This document shows positions 1 to 8,153 of a stretch of 32,000 nt of DNA, piece by piece. The notes under the pieces were generated by a model. That model was not told the origin of the DNA, did not search any database, and was given only the letters and a program-made list of their open reading frames with translations. The first letter of the stretch is position 1. Every line of letters starts with the position of its first letter. The position numbers and the translations under genes were made by a program. This DNA comes from an uncultured Candidatus Saccharibacteria bacterium (lineage in GTDB: Bacteria; Patescibacteriota; UBA1384; XYA2-FULL-43-10; 1-14-0-10-43-13). The stretch is from positions 90,001 through 122,000 of the forward strand of contig CAZIYE010000001.1 of the NCBI GenBank assembly GCA_964543385.1, read 5' to 3'.

Positions 1-1
1 T

Positions 2-979
2 AATATTCGGGTTTATATCCCAAAAAAGGGTATAGTTATTAATGAACCAAGCGTTGTGGCACTGCAAGCCTTCGACAATAAAGTAATGGCGATTGGCGCA
101 GAGGCAAAACAAATGATTGGACGCACTCCAGAAAGTATTATCGCTGCTGCTCCGCTCAAAGAGGGAGTGATCGCCAATTTTAGAATTGCCGAAGCAATGC
201 TCCGTTATTATATAAATAAAGTCTCCGGAAATATTCGTCTTTTTAAACCTGAAATCATGGTCTCTATTCCTGCCGGCGTTACCTCTACGGAAAGACGTGC
301 TGTCGTTGATGCTTGTAACTCTGCCGGTGCGAAACAAACTTATCTGATCAAGCAGCCAATAGCAGCAGCACTTGGCGCCAGCATTCCAATTGCAACACCA
401 TCAGGCAATATGATTATAGATATTGGTGGTGGCACTAGTGAAGTTGCTGTTATTTCACTTGGAGATGTGGTCGCTTCGACATCCGTCCGTGTTGGTGGAA
501 ATAAATTTGATGCTGCGATAGCAAACTTCATTAGGAAAAAACACAATTTAGTTATTGGCGACCAAACAGCTGAAGATATCAAAATCAAAATTGGCTCAGC
601 CCAACCTTTAAAAAAGGAAATGAAGATGGAGGTCTCTGGCTCAAACACAATTACAGGCCTACCCGAAAGCATTATGATCAATTCCGAAGAGATCGTTCTC
701 GCCATCAAACCACCATTAGTTGAAATAATTAACGCAGTTAAAGATGTACTTCAAAAAACTCCACCTGAGCTTGCCTCCGATGTGATGGATAAAGGAATAA
801 TCCTAACAGGCGCCGGCTCGAAACTACGTAATATGGACACATTGTTGACAAAACTAACTGGGATTCCTTGTGAACTTGCAAATAATCCCGAAGAATGTGT
901 CGTTAAAGGATCCGGAATAGCCATAGAAAACCTTGAGGCATTCAAGCGCTCAGTTCTTTGGACTAAGGATCAAAATTAA
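2..979 (+). CDS. mreB: Rod shape-determining protein MreB (5'-truncated by window edge)
   Basis: Frame is open from base 2 (NIRVYIPKKGIVINEPSVVALQAF...). Actin-fold motifs IDIGGGTSEVAVIS, SVRVGGNKFD and GIILTGAGSKL are typical of MreB. Confidence 0.95.
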   Translation, partial: NIRVYIPKKGIVINEPSVVALQAFDNKVMAIGAEAKQMIGRTPESIIAAAPLKEGVIANFRIAEAMLRYYINKVSGNIRLFKPEIMVSIPAGVTSTERRAVVDACNSAGAKQTYLIKQPIAAALGASIPIATPSGNMIIDIGGGTSEVAVISLGDVVASTSVRVGGNKFDAAIANFIRKKHNLVIGDQTAEDIKIKIGSAQPLKKEMKMEVSGSNTITGLPESIMINSEEIVLAIKPPLVEIINAVKDVLQKTPPELASDVMDKGIILTGAGSKLRNMDTLLTKLTGIPCELANNPEECVVKGSGIAIENLEAFKRSVLWTKDQN

Positions 980-991
980 TAGGCATTACCA

Positions 992-2083
992 ATGATAATA
1001 GGAATTGATGCATCAAAAGCAGCAGCAGAGAATCGCACTGGGGTAGAGAATTTTACCTATCAGATGATTCTTGGCCTAAATAAAATAAAAAAAGAAAACT
1101 TTTATTATCTCTATACAAATAAGAGCCTACCTCATGAATTACACTCTCGGGTAAACTTTTTGGAAAAAAAAACATACTTTCATAGATTTTTTAATAAAGT
1201 ATTTTTACCTCTATTATTATTGAAATATCGCCCTGACGTTTATTTCCAACCACTTTATTCGATACCAATGTTTACTCCAAAGAAATGTATCGCTGTAGTT
1301 CATGACCTTGCCTTCCAGAAATTTCCTGATGCTTATTCCGATTCAGAAATAAAAAGACAGATGTCTTCCTTAAATAACGTGGTGAAAAAATCAGAAAAAA
1401 TTGTTTGTGTCAGTCAGTCTACAAAAAATGATTTAATCGAGCTCTTTCCCGAAACGAAAGAAAAAATTGAAATTATCTATCCTTCTTATAACGAAGAAAC
1501 TTTCCACCCAATCGAAAAGCCCAAGGATCCTTTAAAAGTAGGAGATTATTTTTTCCTTTTTATTGGGCGCCTCGAAGAACGTAAAAATATAGTAAAAATA
1601 ATTGAAGCCTTTTCACTTTTGAAAGAAGAGCTCGGCCTACCTCACAAATTAGTCTTAGCAGGTAAGCCCGGCTATGGCTATGACAAGATCGCCGAAAAAA
1701 TAAAATCTCTAAAACCCGAAATTGCTAAGCAAATTATCTTGCCAGGTTTTATTAAGCAAGAAGATATGGCCGATGTTATGAGCAGTGCCACAGCATTTCT
1801 TTACCCGTCGCTTTATGAAGGTTTTGGAATTGCAGCCCTAGATGCTCTTGCTGCCGGTACACCAGTTATAACTGCAAATACTTCTGCTCTACCAGAAGCA
1901 GTTGGAGATGCTGCCATACTAGTAGCACCAGAAGACGCTAATGCCATTAAAAATGCAATGAGAGAGTTAGCAACTGACCCAGTAAAAAGGAATTCATTGA
2001 TTAAAAAAGGGTTAGATCAGATACAAAAATTTTCCTGGGAGAAAAGCGCCCAGAAATTACTAAACATTTTGGAGAGTTTATGA
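992..2083 (+). CDS. Glycosyltransferase family 4 (GT-B) protein
   Basis: ORF of 363 aa. Contains the GT4 signature YPSLYEGFGIAALDALAAGTPVITANTSALPEAVGDAA and FFLFIGRLEERKN. Confidence 0.9.
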   Translation: MIIGIDASKAAAENRTGVENFTYQMILGLNKIKKENFYYLYTNKSLPHELHSRVNFLEKKTYFHRFFNKVFLPLLLLKYRPDVYFQPLYSIPMFTPKKCIAVVHDLAFQKFPDAYSDSEIKRQMSSLNNVVKKSEKIVCVSQSTKNDLIELFPETKEKIEIIYPSYNEETFHPIEKPKDPLKVGDYFFLFIGRLEERKNIVKIIEAFSLLKEELGLPHKLVLAGKPGYGYDKIAEKIKSLKPEIAKQIILPGFIKQEDMADVMSSATAFLYPSLYEGFGIAALDALAAGTPVITANTSALPEAVGDAAILVAPEDANAIKNAMRELATDPVKRNSLIKKGLDQIQKFSWEKSAQKLLNILESL

Positions 2084-3201
2084 AAGTAGCTATAGTCTGT
2101 GATTTTTTAACTAAATTTGGCGGAGCCCAACAAGTATTGCTTGCGATTCATGAAGTCTATCCCGATGCACCAATTTATTGTCTTTTATACGATGAGAAAG
2201 GCACTAAAGGTAGATTCAAGGACTGCAAAATTATTGAATCAAGTTTGGGCAAGCTACCAAAATTCATGAAAACAAAAACTAAATTCTTCCTGCCAACAAT
2301 GCCAAAAAGAATCGAGGAATTTGATTTCTCAGAATACGACTTAGTGATCTCATCAAATGATTCATATGCTCATGGAATTATCACCAAGCCAACCACATTT
2401 CATGCGTGCTATTGTCACACACCGATGCGCTATGTCTGGGACTGGCATTTTGAGTATTTAAAGGAGAATAACCTTGATCATGGCCTCAAAGGAATAATTG
2501 TTAAAAATATTTTACACAAGATCAGGATTTGGGATCGAATTTCCGCCCACCGTGTAGACAAGTGGCTAGCAAACTCAGAAAACGTCAAAGGAAGAATTAG
2601 TAAGTATTATCGAGCTGATTCTGAGGTCCTCTATCCGCCAGTCAATGTGAAAGATATACACCTGTCAGAAGACAAACCAGAAGATTATTATGTTATCGTT
2701 TCCAGACTTGAGCCCTATAAAAGAGTGTCCCTTGCAGTTCAGGCTTGTAACAAGCTTAAAAAGAAACTGGTCGTTATTGGCGAAGGTTCAGAAATGCCTC
2801 ACTTAAAGAAAATATCTGGCGATACTATATCTCTCCTTGGATGGCAATCAGAGAAAAGTATGTATGAATATTTGCAAAAAGCGAAGGCTTTTATATTTCC
2901 TGCCGACGAAGACTTCGGTATTACTCCAGTTGAGGCGATGGCCGCCGGCAAACCCGTTATTGCATTGAAAAAGGGAGGCGCGCTTGAAACTATAATTGAG
3001 GGCATTACCGGTATATTCTTCGATGAAGCTACTCCTGATTCCCTTGCATCAGCAATTGAAAGCTTTGAGAGGATAGAAGAAACGATTAAACCCGCAGATT
3101 GCCGAAATCAATCAGAGAAATTTTCTAAAGATGCCTTCAAAAATAATTTGAAAGAAATTATTGATCGTGAATATAAAAACTATTTAGAAAGATATAAATG
3201 A
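2080..3201 (+). CDS. Glycosyltransferase family 4 (GT-B) protein
   Basis: ORF of 373 aa. Contains VSRLEPYKRVSLAV and FPADEDFGITPVEAMAAGKPVIALKKGGALETI. Start overlaps the previous stop (ATGA). Confidence 0.88.
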   Translation: MKVAIVCDFLTKFGGAQQVLLAIHEVYPDAPIYCLLYDEKGTKGRFKDCKIIESSLGKLPKFMKTKTKFFLPTMPKRIEEFDFSEYDLVISSNDSYAHGIITKPTTFHACYCHTPMRYVWDWHFEYLKENNLDHGLKGIIVKNILHKIRIWDRISAHRVDKWLANSENVKGRISKYYRADSEVLYPPVNVKDIHLSEDKPEDYYVIVSRLEPYKRVSLAVQACNKLKKKLVVIGEGSEMPHLKKISGDTISLLGWQSEKSMYEYLQKAKAFIFPADEDFGITPVEAMAAGKPVIALKKGGALETIIEGITGIFFDEATPDSLASAIESFERIEETIKPADCRNQSEKFSKDAFKNNLKEIIDREYKNYLERYK

Positions 3202-4034
3202 GACGAAATACATGCTCAGTTTTAGGTGTCAAAGTTGATGACATTTCAAAAGTCGATGCAAAAGAGAAACTTGCCGAATTAATCGAAAGAAAAGGCCATT
3301 CGATTATCTGCACACCAAATGTTGAGTTTGTGGTTAATGCACAAACCGACGAAGTTTTGAAAAAAATATTAAATGACGAATCAAAGCTCAATCTACCAGA
3401 TGGATATGGCGTATTATGGGCAGCAAAGTATCTCTCCATTAAACTGCCCAAGCAAAAAGTCTTAAGGGTCCCACTTGCAACTATGATATGGCTTGTTTCT
3501 CTAATCTCGCTGCCTCTTTTTGTTAGATTAAAAAAGCAACCATTAAGGGAAAAAATATCTGGTTCTGATTTTATATGGGATATTGCCAGATTTGCTGCTG
3601 AGAATAACCATAAACTTTTCCTTCTTGGCGGAGCACCGACGATAGCTGAAAGAACTGCACTTAAATTGCAAACTGATATTTTCAATCTAAAGGTTGGCGG
3701 CGTTCACTCAGGGAGAGCAGATGAATTTGAAAAAATTATAGAGGCAGTGAATAAATCTAGATCGGATATTTTATTAGTTGCATTTGGGTCTCCCAAACAA
3801 GAGAAATGGCTCTCTGATCATTTGAAAAAAACTTGTTGCAAAATTGGCATTGGACTAGGCGGATCCTTCGACTTTATTGCAGGGACGCAAAAACGAGCGC
3901 CTCGCTGGATGCAAAATATTGGCCTCGAATGGCTGGATCGATTAATTAAAGATCCAAGTCGCATCAAGAGACAGGCAGCTATACCAAAACTGATTTGGCT
4001 TACACTAATATTCAAAATAAAGTATAGCGATTAG
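3198..4034 (+). CDS. WecG/TagA/CpsF family glycosyltransferase (GT26)
   Basis: ORF of 278 aa. Contains TPNVEFVVNAQ, LPDGYGVLWAAK, LFLLGGAP, LLVAFGSPKQEKW and GLGGSFDFIAGTQKRAPRWM. ATGA overlap with the upstream gene. Confidence 0.9.
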   Translation: MRRNTCSVLGVKVDDISKVDAKEKLAELIERKGHSIICTPNVEFVVNAQTDEVLKKILNDESKLNLPDGYGVLWAAKYLSIKLPKQKVLRVPLATMIWLVSLISLPLFVRLKKQPLREKISGSDFIWDIARFAAENNHKLFLLGGAPTIAERTALKLQTDIFNLKVGGVHSGRADEFEKIIEAVNKSRSDILLVAFGSPKQEKWLSDHLKKTCCKIGIGLGGSFDFIAGTQKRAPRWMQNIGLEWLDRLIKDPSRIKRQAAIPKLIWLTLIFKIKYSD

Positions 4035-4054
4035 TCAATTATTCTAAGAACAAT

Positions 4055-4091
4055 CAATAAAAGCGCCATTAATCACACGGCGCTTTTATTG
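4055..4091 (+). terminator. Intrinsic terminator-like hairpin
   Basis: Perfect 13-bp inverted repeat CAATAAAAGCGCC / GGCGCTTTTATTG, 11-nt loop, T-rich 3' arm, just after the glycosyltransferase operon. Confidence 0.85.
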
Positions 4092-4151
4092 TGATGAAAT
4101 TTTAAACTTATTTAATTCAATTGCTTACAATAACAATTTACTCTTTTTTGA

Positions 4152-4180
4152 TTGACAAAACAACCATTTTATTATAAAAT
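4152..4180 (+). promoter_or_regulatory. Sigma70-type promoter for the downstream GC-rich secreted protein gene
   Basis: TTGACA (4152-4157), 17-nt spacer, TAAAAT (4175-4180). Confidence 0.75.
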
Positions 4181-4208
4181 ACCGAAGCTATCAAAGGAGG
4201 AATTACCG

Positions 4209-4655
4209 TTGACTAAACATGTAACATTCACATTTGTGATAGCACTCTTGGTACTGTGTCTGACACAGTTGCCATCCTACTCCCATCCGCCCAATGGGCG
4301 GATCATCGGCTATATGAAGCCCGAGAAGCGACAGTGCACCCTGAAATATAGCACTGTCGAGTCTCCATGGCTTAGTGACAAACTGGCGTGGGGAGTTCCC
4401 TTATCGGTTCGCTATGCTGCGAGTGACGATCTGACTTTCGGCACCAAAATTTTTATTCCCTACTGGGTACGGGATAAAAAAGGCCGCATGGTCAAAAAGA
4501 CACTCTACCGTGTTGTAGCAGACCACCCGAAGAGGAATTCCCGAGGCACGATGATTGAACCGTACATCAACCGGAAGTATGAGCCGTTTTTCAAACACAT
4601 ACTTACCAGCAGACAAACAGTCACAATCATACGGCCTATCGTCAGCCGACGATGA
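4209..4655 (+). CDS. Small secreted protein, possibly a divergent 3D/RlpA-like double-psi beta-barrel domain
   Basis: TTG start at 4209 is 8 nt after AAAGGAGG (4193-4200). N-terminal signal-like segment HVTFTFVIALLVLCLTQLPSYS. LTFGTKIFIPYW...LYRVVADHPKR...GTMIEPYI...RQTVTII is reminiscent of 3D domains (weak similarity). The longer ORF-track start at 4152 is the -35 box. Confidence 0.6.
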   Translation: MTKHVTFTFVIALLVLCLTQLPSYSHPPNGRIIGYMKPEKRQCTLKYSTVESPWLSDKLAWGVPLSVRYAASDDLTFGTKIFIPYWVRDKKGRMVKKTLYRVVADHPKRNSRGTMIEPYINRKYEPFFKHILTSRQTVTIIRPIVSRR

Positions 4656-4663
4656 CTTTCCGC

Positions 4664-4685
4664 GGGCCCTTCGCAAGGAGGGCTC
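4664..4685 (+). other. GNRA-capped hairpin downstream of the GC-rich gene (possible 3' processing or terminator element)
   Basis: GGGCCCTTC-GCAA-GGAGGGCTC forms a stem with GCAA tetraloop starting 9 nt after the stop codon. There is no U-tract. Confidence 0.5.
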
Positions 4686-4720
4686 TGCACATTAAAATTA
4701 ATTTTTAGTAAAATAACATT

Positions 4721-5941
4721 ATGAATAAAAATAAACCCGAACTTTTAGCCCCCTCCGGAAACTTGAATATACTTAAGATGGCTTTTTTATATGGCGCAGA
4801 TGCCGTCTATTGTGGCACTCCTGCCTTTGCCATGCGCGCCAGAGTCGGCTTTGACTTAAAATCCCTCAAAGAGGGGATAGAATACGCTCACTCAATTGGC
4901 AAAAAGGTTTATCTGACGTTGAATGCATTTCCTCACTCTTTGGAAATCCAAAATCTCAAAAAACATGTCAGGGCATTGGCCGATTTAAAACCAGATGCAT
5001 TTATTATCGCCGATCCAGGAGTTATTCAGTTTGTAAAAAATAATTACAATATCCCAATCCACCTCTCAACACAAAGTAGCACTACAAATCAATTGTCCGC
5101 CGAGTTCTGGAAAAAACAGGGAGTCGAAAGAGTTGTCCTCGCTCGAGAACTGAGCTTGAAAGAAATAAAAAAGATTCATGAATTAGTTGATATTGAGATT
5201 GAATCATTTGTTCATGGTGCGATGTGTATGGCTTATTCAGGACGCTGCCAAATTTCAAATTACATGACTGGACGTGATCCCAATAGAGGACAATGTGTCC
5301 AAGCTTGCCGCTTCAAATACAAGATGTATGCACTCGAAGAAGATTTGAGAAAGGGAGAGCTTTTCCCAATTTATGAAGACGAAGAAGGTACTCACATTTT
5401 AAATTCCAAGGATCTGTGCATGATCAAATATATCCCCGAACTAATTGATGCCGGCGTTTCTTCTCTTAAGATAGAGGGTAGGCTAAAAACCGAATACTAT
5501 GTTGCCACTATTATCAGAGCTTACAGAAAAGCAATAGACCTATATTTTGAAGACCAAAAACTATACAAAAAAGAACGTACTAAACTTCAAAAAGAAGTCG
5601 AAAAATCAGCGAATCGCGGATTCACAACTGGTTTTTATTTCAATAAACCCGACCAAGAGACAAATAACTATCCATCCTCCAAAGCTAAAAGTGATTGGGG
5701 TTATATTGGACAAGTTATTGAATATGATGAAAATAAAAATGTACTTAAATTTGAATGTAAAAACTATTCGCCTATCAATTCTACTTTAGAAATTATTACT
5801 CCGGATGAGACCATCCCTTATAAATTGAAGAAAATGTATATAAAAAACGAGCCAGCAGTTGTGGCTCATGCAAATAATATTGTCGAAATTCCATTTGATC
5901 AGAAAATTGTAAAAGATTCTCTTATCCGAATAAAGCTCTAG
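4721..5941 (+). CDS. Peptidase U32 family protein (YegQ/RlhA/TrhP-like, collagenase-like)
   Basis: ORF of 406 aa. Contains PELLAPSGNLNILKMAFLYGADAVYCG, FVHGAMCMAYSGRCQISNYMTGRDPNRGQCVQACR and SLKIEGRLKTEYYVATIIRAYRKAID. Confidence 0.92.
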   Translation: MNKNKPELLAPSGNLNILKMAFLYGADAVYCGTPAFAMRARVGFDLKSLKEGIEYAHSIGKKVYLTLNAFPHSLEIQNLKKHVRALADLKPDAFIIADPGVIQFVKNNYNIPIHLSTQSSTTNQLSAEFWKKQGVERVVLARELSLKEIKKIHELVDIEIESFVHGAMCMAYSGRCQISNYMTGRDPNRGQCVQACRFKYKMYALEEDLRKGELFPIYEDEEGTHILNSKDLCMIKYIPELIDAGVSSLKIEGRLKTEYYVATIIRAYRKAIDLYFEDQKLYKKERTKLQKEVEKSANRGFTTGFYFNKPDQETNNYPSSKAKSDWGYIGQVIEYDENKNVLKFECKNYSPINSTLEIITPDETIPYKLKKMYIKNEPAVVAHANNIVEIPFDQKIVKDSLIRIKL

Positions 5942-5949
5942 AAAACACT

Positions 5950-5975
5950 TGAGCTCGGACATTAGTCCGAGCTCA
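5950..5975. terminator. Strong hairpin between two convergent genes
   Basis: Perfect 11-bp stem TGAGCTCGGAC-ATTA-GTCCGAGCTCA. Tail is AGTGTTTTC on the minus strand; no U-tract on plus. Confidence 0.55.
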
Positions 5976-6024
5976 GGTAAACGTGCGCTTCTTAGGCGCG
6001 CCTCGCAAAGCGAGGGTTTGAAAG

Positions 6025-6600
6025 TTAGGCGGCATCGCCACCTCCTCCAACCGGAGACTTGCTCTGACGAGTAGTCTGAGGCAGGAGGATAAGGTTGGAC
6101 GCCGACCGTTCGCCGCCGATGTGACTGATCAGAATGGCGGCGGCAGGGATCCACAGGATCATTCCCGTAACAACGCAAGCGATCATGACTGTCGCAAAGG
6201 GCAGCTCCCACCCGAAGACTGTGATGCCTAGGGGCAGAATAATGAACGTCGAGACTGAGATTGTCAGTCCGACAATCACCAGCGCCTTCGGCGCTGCTTG
6301 GTACCCTTGCCAGATGGCCCGGGGCAAGCTGATGAACAGCCACCGCAACACCCTTCGCAGGATACGCGCGCATGCGCGGATTCCAGGCACTAGCCATGGC
6401 GCCACGTAATCATTGTGGTACTCGGCCAGTCCCTGCTTTTTGGCAAAGAGGCCGATTAACACGATCACGGCACAGATTACTGCCACATAGAAACGCACTT
6501 CTGCGTCGTCGGGCGTGATCTCCTGGACATTGCCGACGGTGAAAAGGGCGTGAATTGCCCAGCTACCGAGGGTTACAAATAATATTCGATACATCAGCAT
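6025..6600 (-). CDS. GC-rich orphan integral membrane protein (about 4 predicted TM segments)
   Basis: ORF with several hydrophobic stretches. On the minus strand, GAAAGGAGAATGGTC-ATG supports the ATG at 6598-6600 rather than the more upstream ATG at 6606. Confidence 0.65.
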   Translation of the reverse strand: MLMYRILFVTLGSWAIHALFTVGNVQEITPDDAEVRFYVAVICAVIVLIGLFAKKQGLAEYHNDYVAPWLVPGIRACARILRRVLRWLFISLPRAIWQGYQAAPKALVIVGLTISVSTFIILPLGITVFGWELPFATVMIACVVTGMILWIPAAAILISHIGGERSASNLILLPQTTRQSKSPVGGGGDAA

Positions 6601-6739
6601 GACCATTCTCCTTTCGACAAATAGGCTGCGATAGTTGCCACGATGTGGCGCTGAATACTATATTAACGAGCATGATTGCTCGATGATTCCCTTTTTTAGC
6701 TCACAAGCAAGCTTGCGAACTAAAATGGTACTCTTATTT

Positions 6740-6768
6740 ATTATATTACATTTTTAGCGATTTGTCAA
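6740..6768 (-). promoter_or_regulatory. Perfect-consensus sigma70 promoter for the minus-strand membrane protein gene
   Basis: Minus strand TTGACA (6768-6763), 17-nt spacer, TATAAT (6745-6740). Confidence 0.82.
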
Positions 6769-6857
6769 TGTATTTACGCTTGGTCACTCACCATTCTCTC
6801 CTCCCAAATTTAATAATTTTCAGAAAATAGACCCGTAAAGTTAGCAAAGTATTCCGC

Positions 6858-6886
6858 TTGATAAATATACGAATAACTGGTACTAT
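6858..6886 (+). promoter_or_regulatory. Probable promoter of pyk
   Basis: TTGATA (6858-6863), 17-nt spacer, TACTAT (6881-6886). Confidence 0.6.
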
Positions 6887-6935
6887 ACTAAATGGCCCTA
6901 TGGCCTTTTTTAAATAAATTTAACGAGTAGGAGAG

Positions 6936-7967
6936 ATGAAAACGAAGATTATTTGTACAGTCGGACCAGCGACAGAAACCAAGGAAATGGTTGAGCAGCT
7001 AGCACTTGCAGGCATGGATGTCATGCGCTGTAATTTTGCACACTGCACTTTTGAAGAATACAAGATGCGTTATGATTCTCTTAAAGAGATCAATAAGAAG
7101 CACGGACTCGATGTAAAGATACAAGCAGATCTACGTGGTCCAAGCATTCGTCTCGGGGAAAATATCCCAAAAGAAGGTTTAACCGTTAAACAAGGTGATG
7201 TTCTCAAATTTGTTACTATGCCTTGCCAAGACAAGAAACCTGATGAACTAATAGTTAATGACCCATATCTTCACGCTGATATCCAAGTCGGCGATCCGAT
7301 GCTCGTAGAATCAGGTATGCTGGAGTTAGAAATTACTAAAACTCAGCCAAACAGCCACAAATTTGAGGCAAAAGTAAAAATTGGTGGAACGATTTTCCCA
7401 AGAAAAGCACTCAATCTTCCAACGACTAAATTGACAACTTCTTCAGTTACAGAGAAAGATATTAAAGATTTAGAATATGTTCTTTCTGTCGGTGTAGACT
7501 TCGTTGCCCTATCATTCGTTGGTTGCGCTGGCGATATAAAGAAAATCAAAGATGTTATCGGTGACAGACCAGTTCAGATTATGTCTAAAATAGAGAGAAG
7601 AGAAGCTCTAAATAATATTGATGAAATCATAGAAGCTTCAGATGTAGTAATTGTTGCTCGCGGTGATTTGGGCGTCGAAACACCTTACGAAGAACTACCG
7701 ATTATTCAAAAACAGCTTATCAGAAAATGCCAACAACACTTAAAGCCTGCTGTTGTTGCTACTCAGATGCTAAAGAATATGATGGTTTCTCCTTATCCTA
7801 CCAGAGCAGAGATATCTGATATTGCCAATGCTGTATTTGACGGAGCTCACTATGTTTGGCTTTCAGATGAAACAACTGTTGGTAAATATCCAATCGAAGC
7901 AGTAAAAGTTATGAGAAAAGTTGCAAACAGAATTGACACTTATCTTGACGGTTGCAGAATAATGTAA
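6936..7967 (+). CDS. pyk: Pyruvate kinase, short form lacking the C-terminal domain
   Basis: KTKIICTVGPATETKEMVEQLALAGMDVMRCNFAH, MSKIERREALNNIDEIIEASDVVIVARGDLGVE, VVATQMLKNMM and PTRAEISDIANAVFDG. GAGAGG-like SD upstream. Only 343 aa. Confidence 0.92.
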   Translation: MKTKIICTVGPATETKEMVEQLALAGMDVMRCNFAHCTFEEYKMRYDSLKEINKKHGLDVKIQADLRGPSIRLGENIPKEGLTVKQGDVLKFVTMPCQDKKPDELIVNDPYLHADIQVGDPMLVESGMLELEITKTQPNSHKFEAKVKIGGTIFPRKALNLPTTKLTTSSVTEKDIKDLEYVLSVGVDFVALSFVGCAGDIKKIKDVIGDRPVQIMSKIERREALNNIDEIIEASDVVIVARGDLGVETPYEELPIIQKQLIRKCQQHLKPAVVATQMLKNMMVSPYPTRAEISDIANAVFDGAHYVWLSDETTVGKYPIEAVKVMRKVANRIDTYLDGCRIM

Positions 7968-7975
7968 TTGTTTCA

Positions 7976-8004
7976 TTGACTTTTATATCCCTTTTAGATA
8001 TAAA
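7976..8004 (+). promoter_or_regulatory. Candidate promoter immediately upstream of the pyk/nusA intergenic terminator
   Basis: TTGACT (7976-7981), 17-nt spacer, TATAAA (7999-8004). Confidence 0.5.
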
Positions 8005-8015
8005 CAAAAAGAACG

Positions 8016-8043
8016 GTGACCCACTTGGGTCACTTTCTTTTTT
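8016..8043 (+). terminator. Intrinsic terminator after pyk
   Basis: GTGACCC-ACTT-GGGTCAC followed by TTTCTTTTTT. Confidence 0.85.
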
Positions 8044-8153
8044 ACCCAGATTGCGAACTTCTATCAGCTTGCATTCAATGATATAATTAAAATTAATTAA
8101 TAATTTAAAACCTAAATAAATCCGCAAACGGATTCTAATAGTAAGGAGACAAT

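Noticed and set aside
4152-4208. ORF-track N-terminal extension (MTKQPFYYKIPKLSKEELP) of the GC-rich secreted gene
   Set aside because: Its TTG start is the -35 box of a TTGACA-N17-TAAAAT promoter, and the AAAGGAGG SD points to the TTG at 4209.
5547-5789. Alternate-frame 80-aa ORF inside the U32 peptidase gene
   Set aside because: It is contained in a well-supported CDS and its Lys/Leu-rich composition is an artefact of AT-rich codons.
5786-6409. Other ORFs (5786-6397 minus, 6134-6409 plus) in the GC-rich island
   Set aside because: They are out-of-frame ORFs favoured by high GC. Only the 6025-6600 minus frame has an SD, an upstream consensus promoter and TM-like structure.
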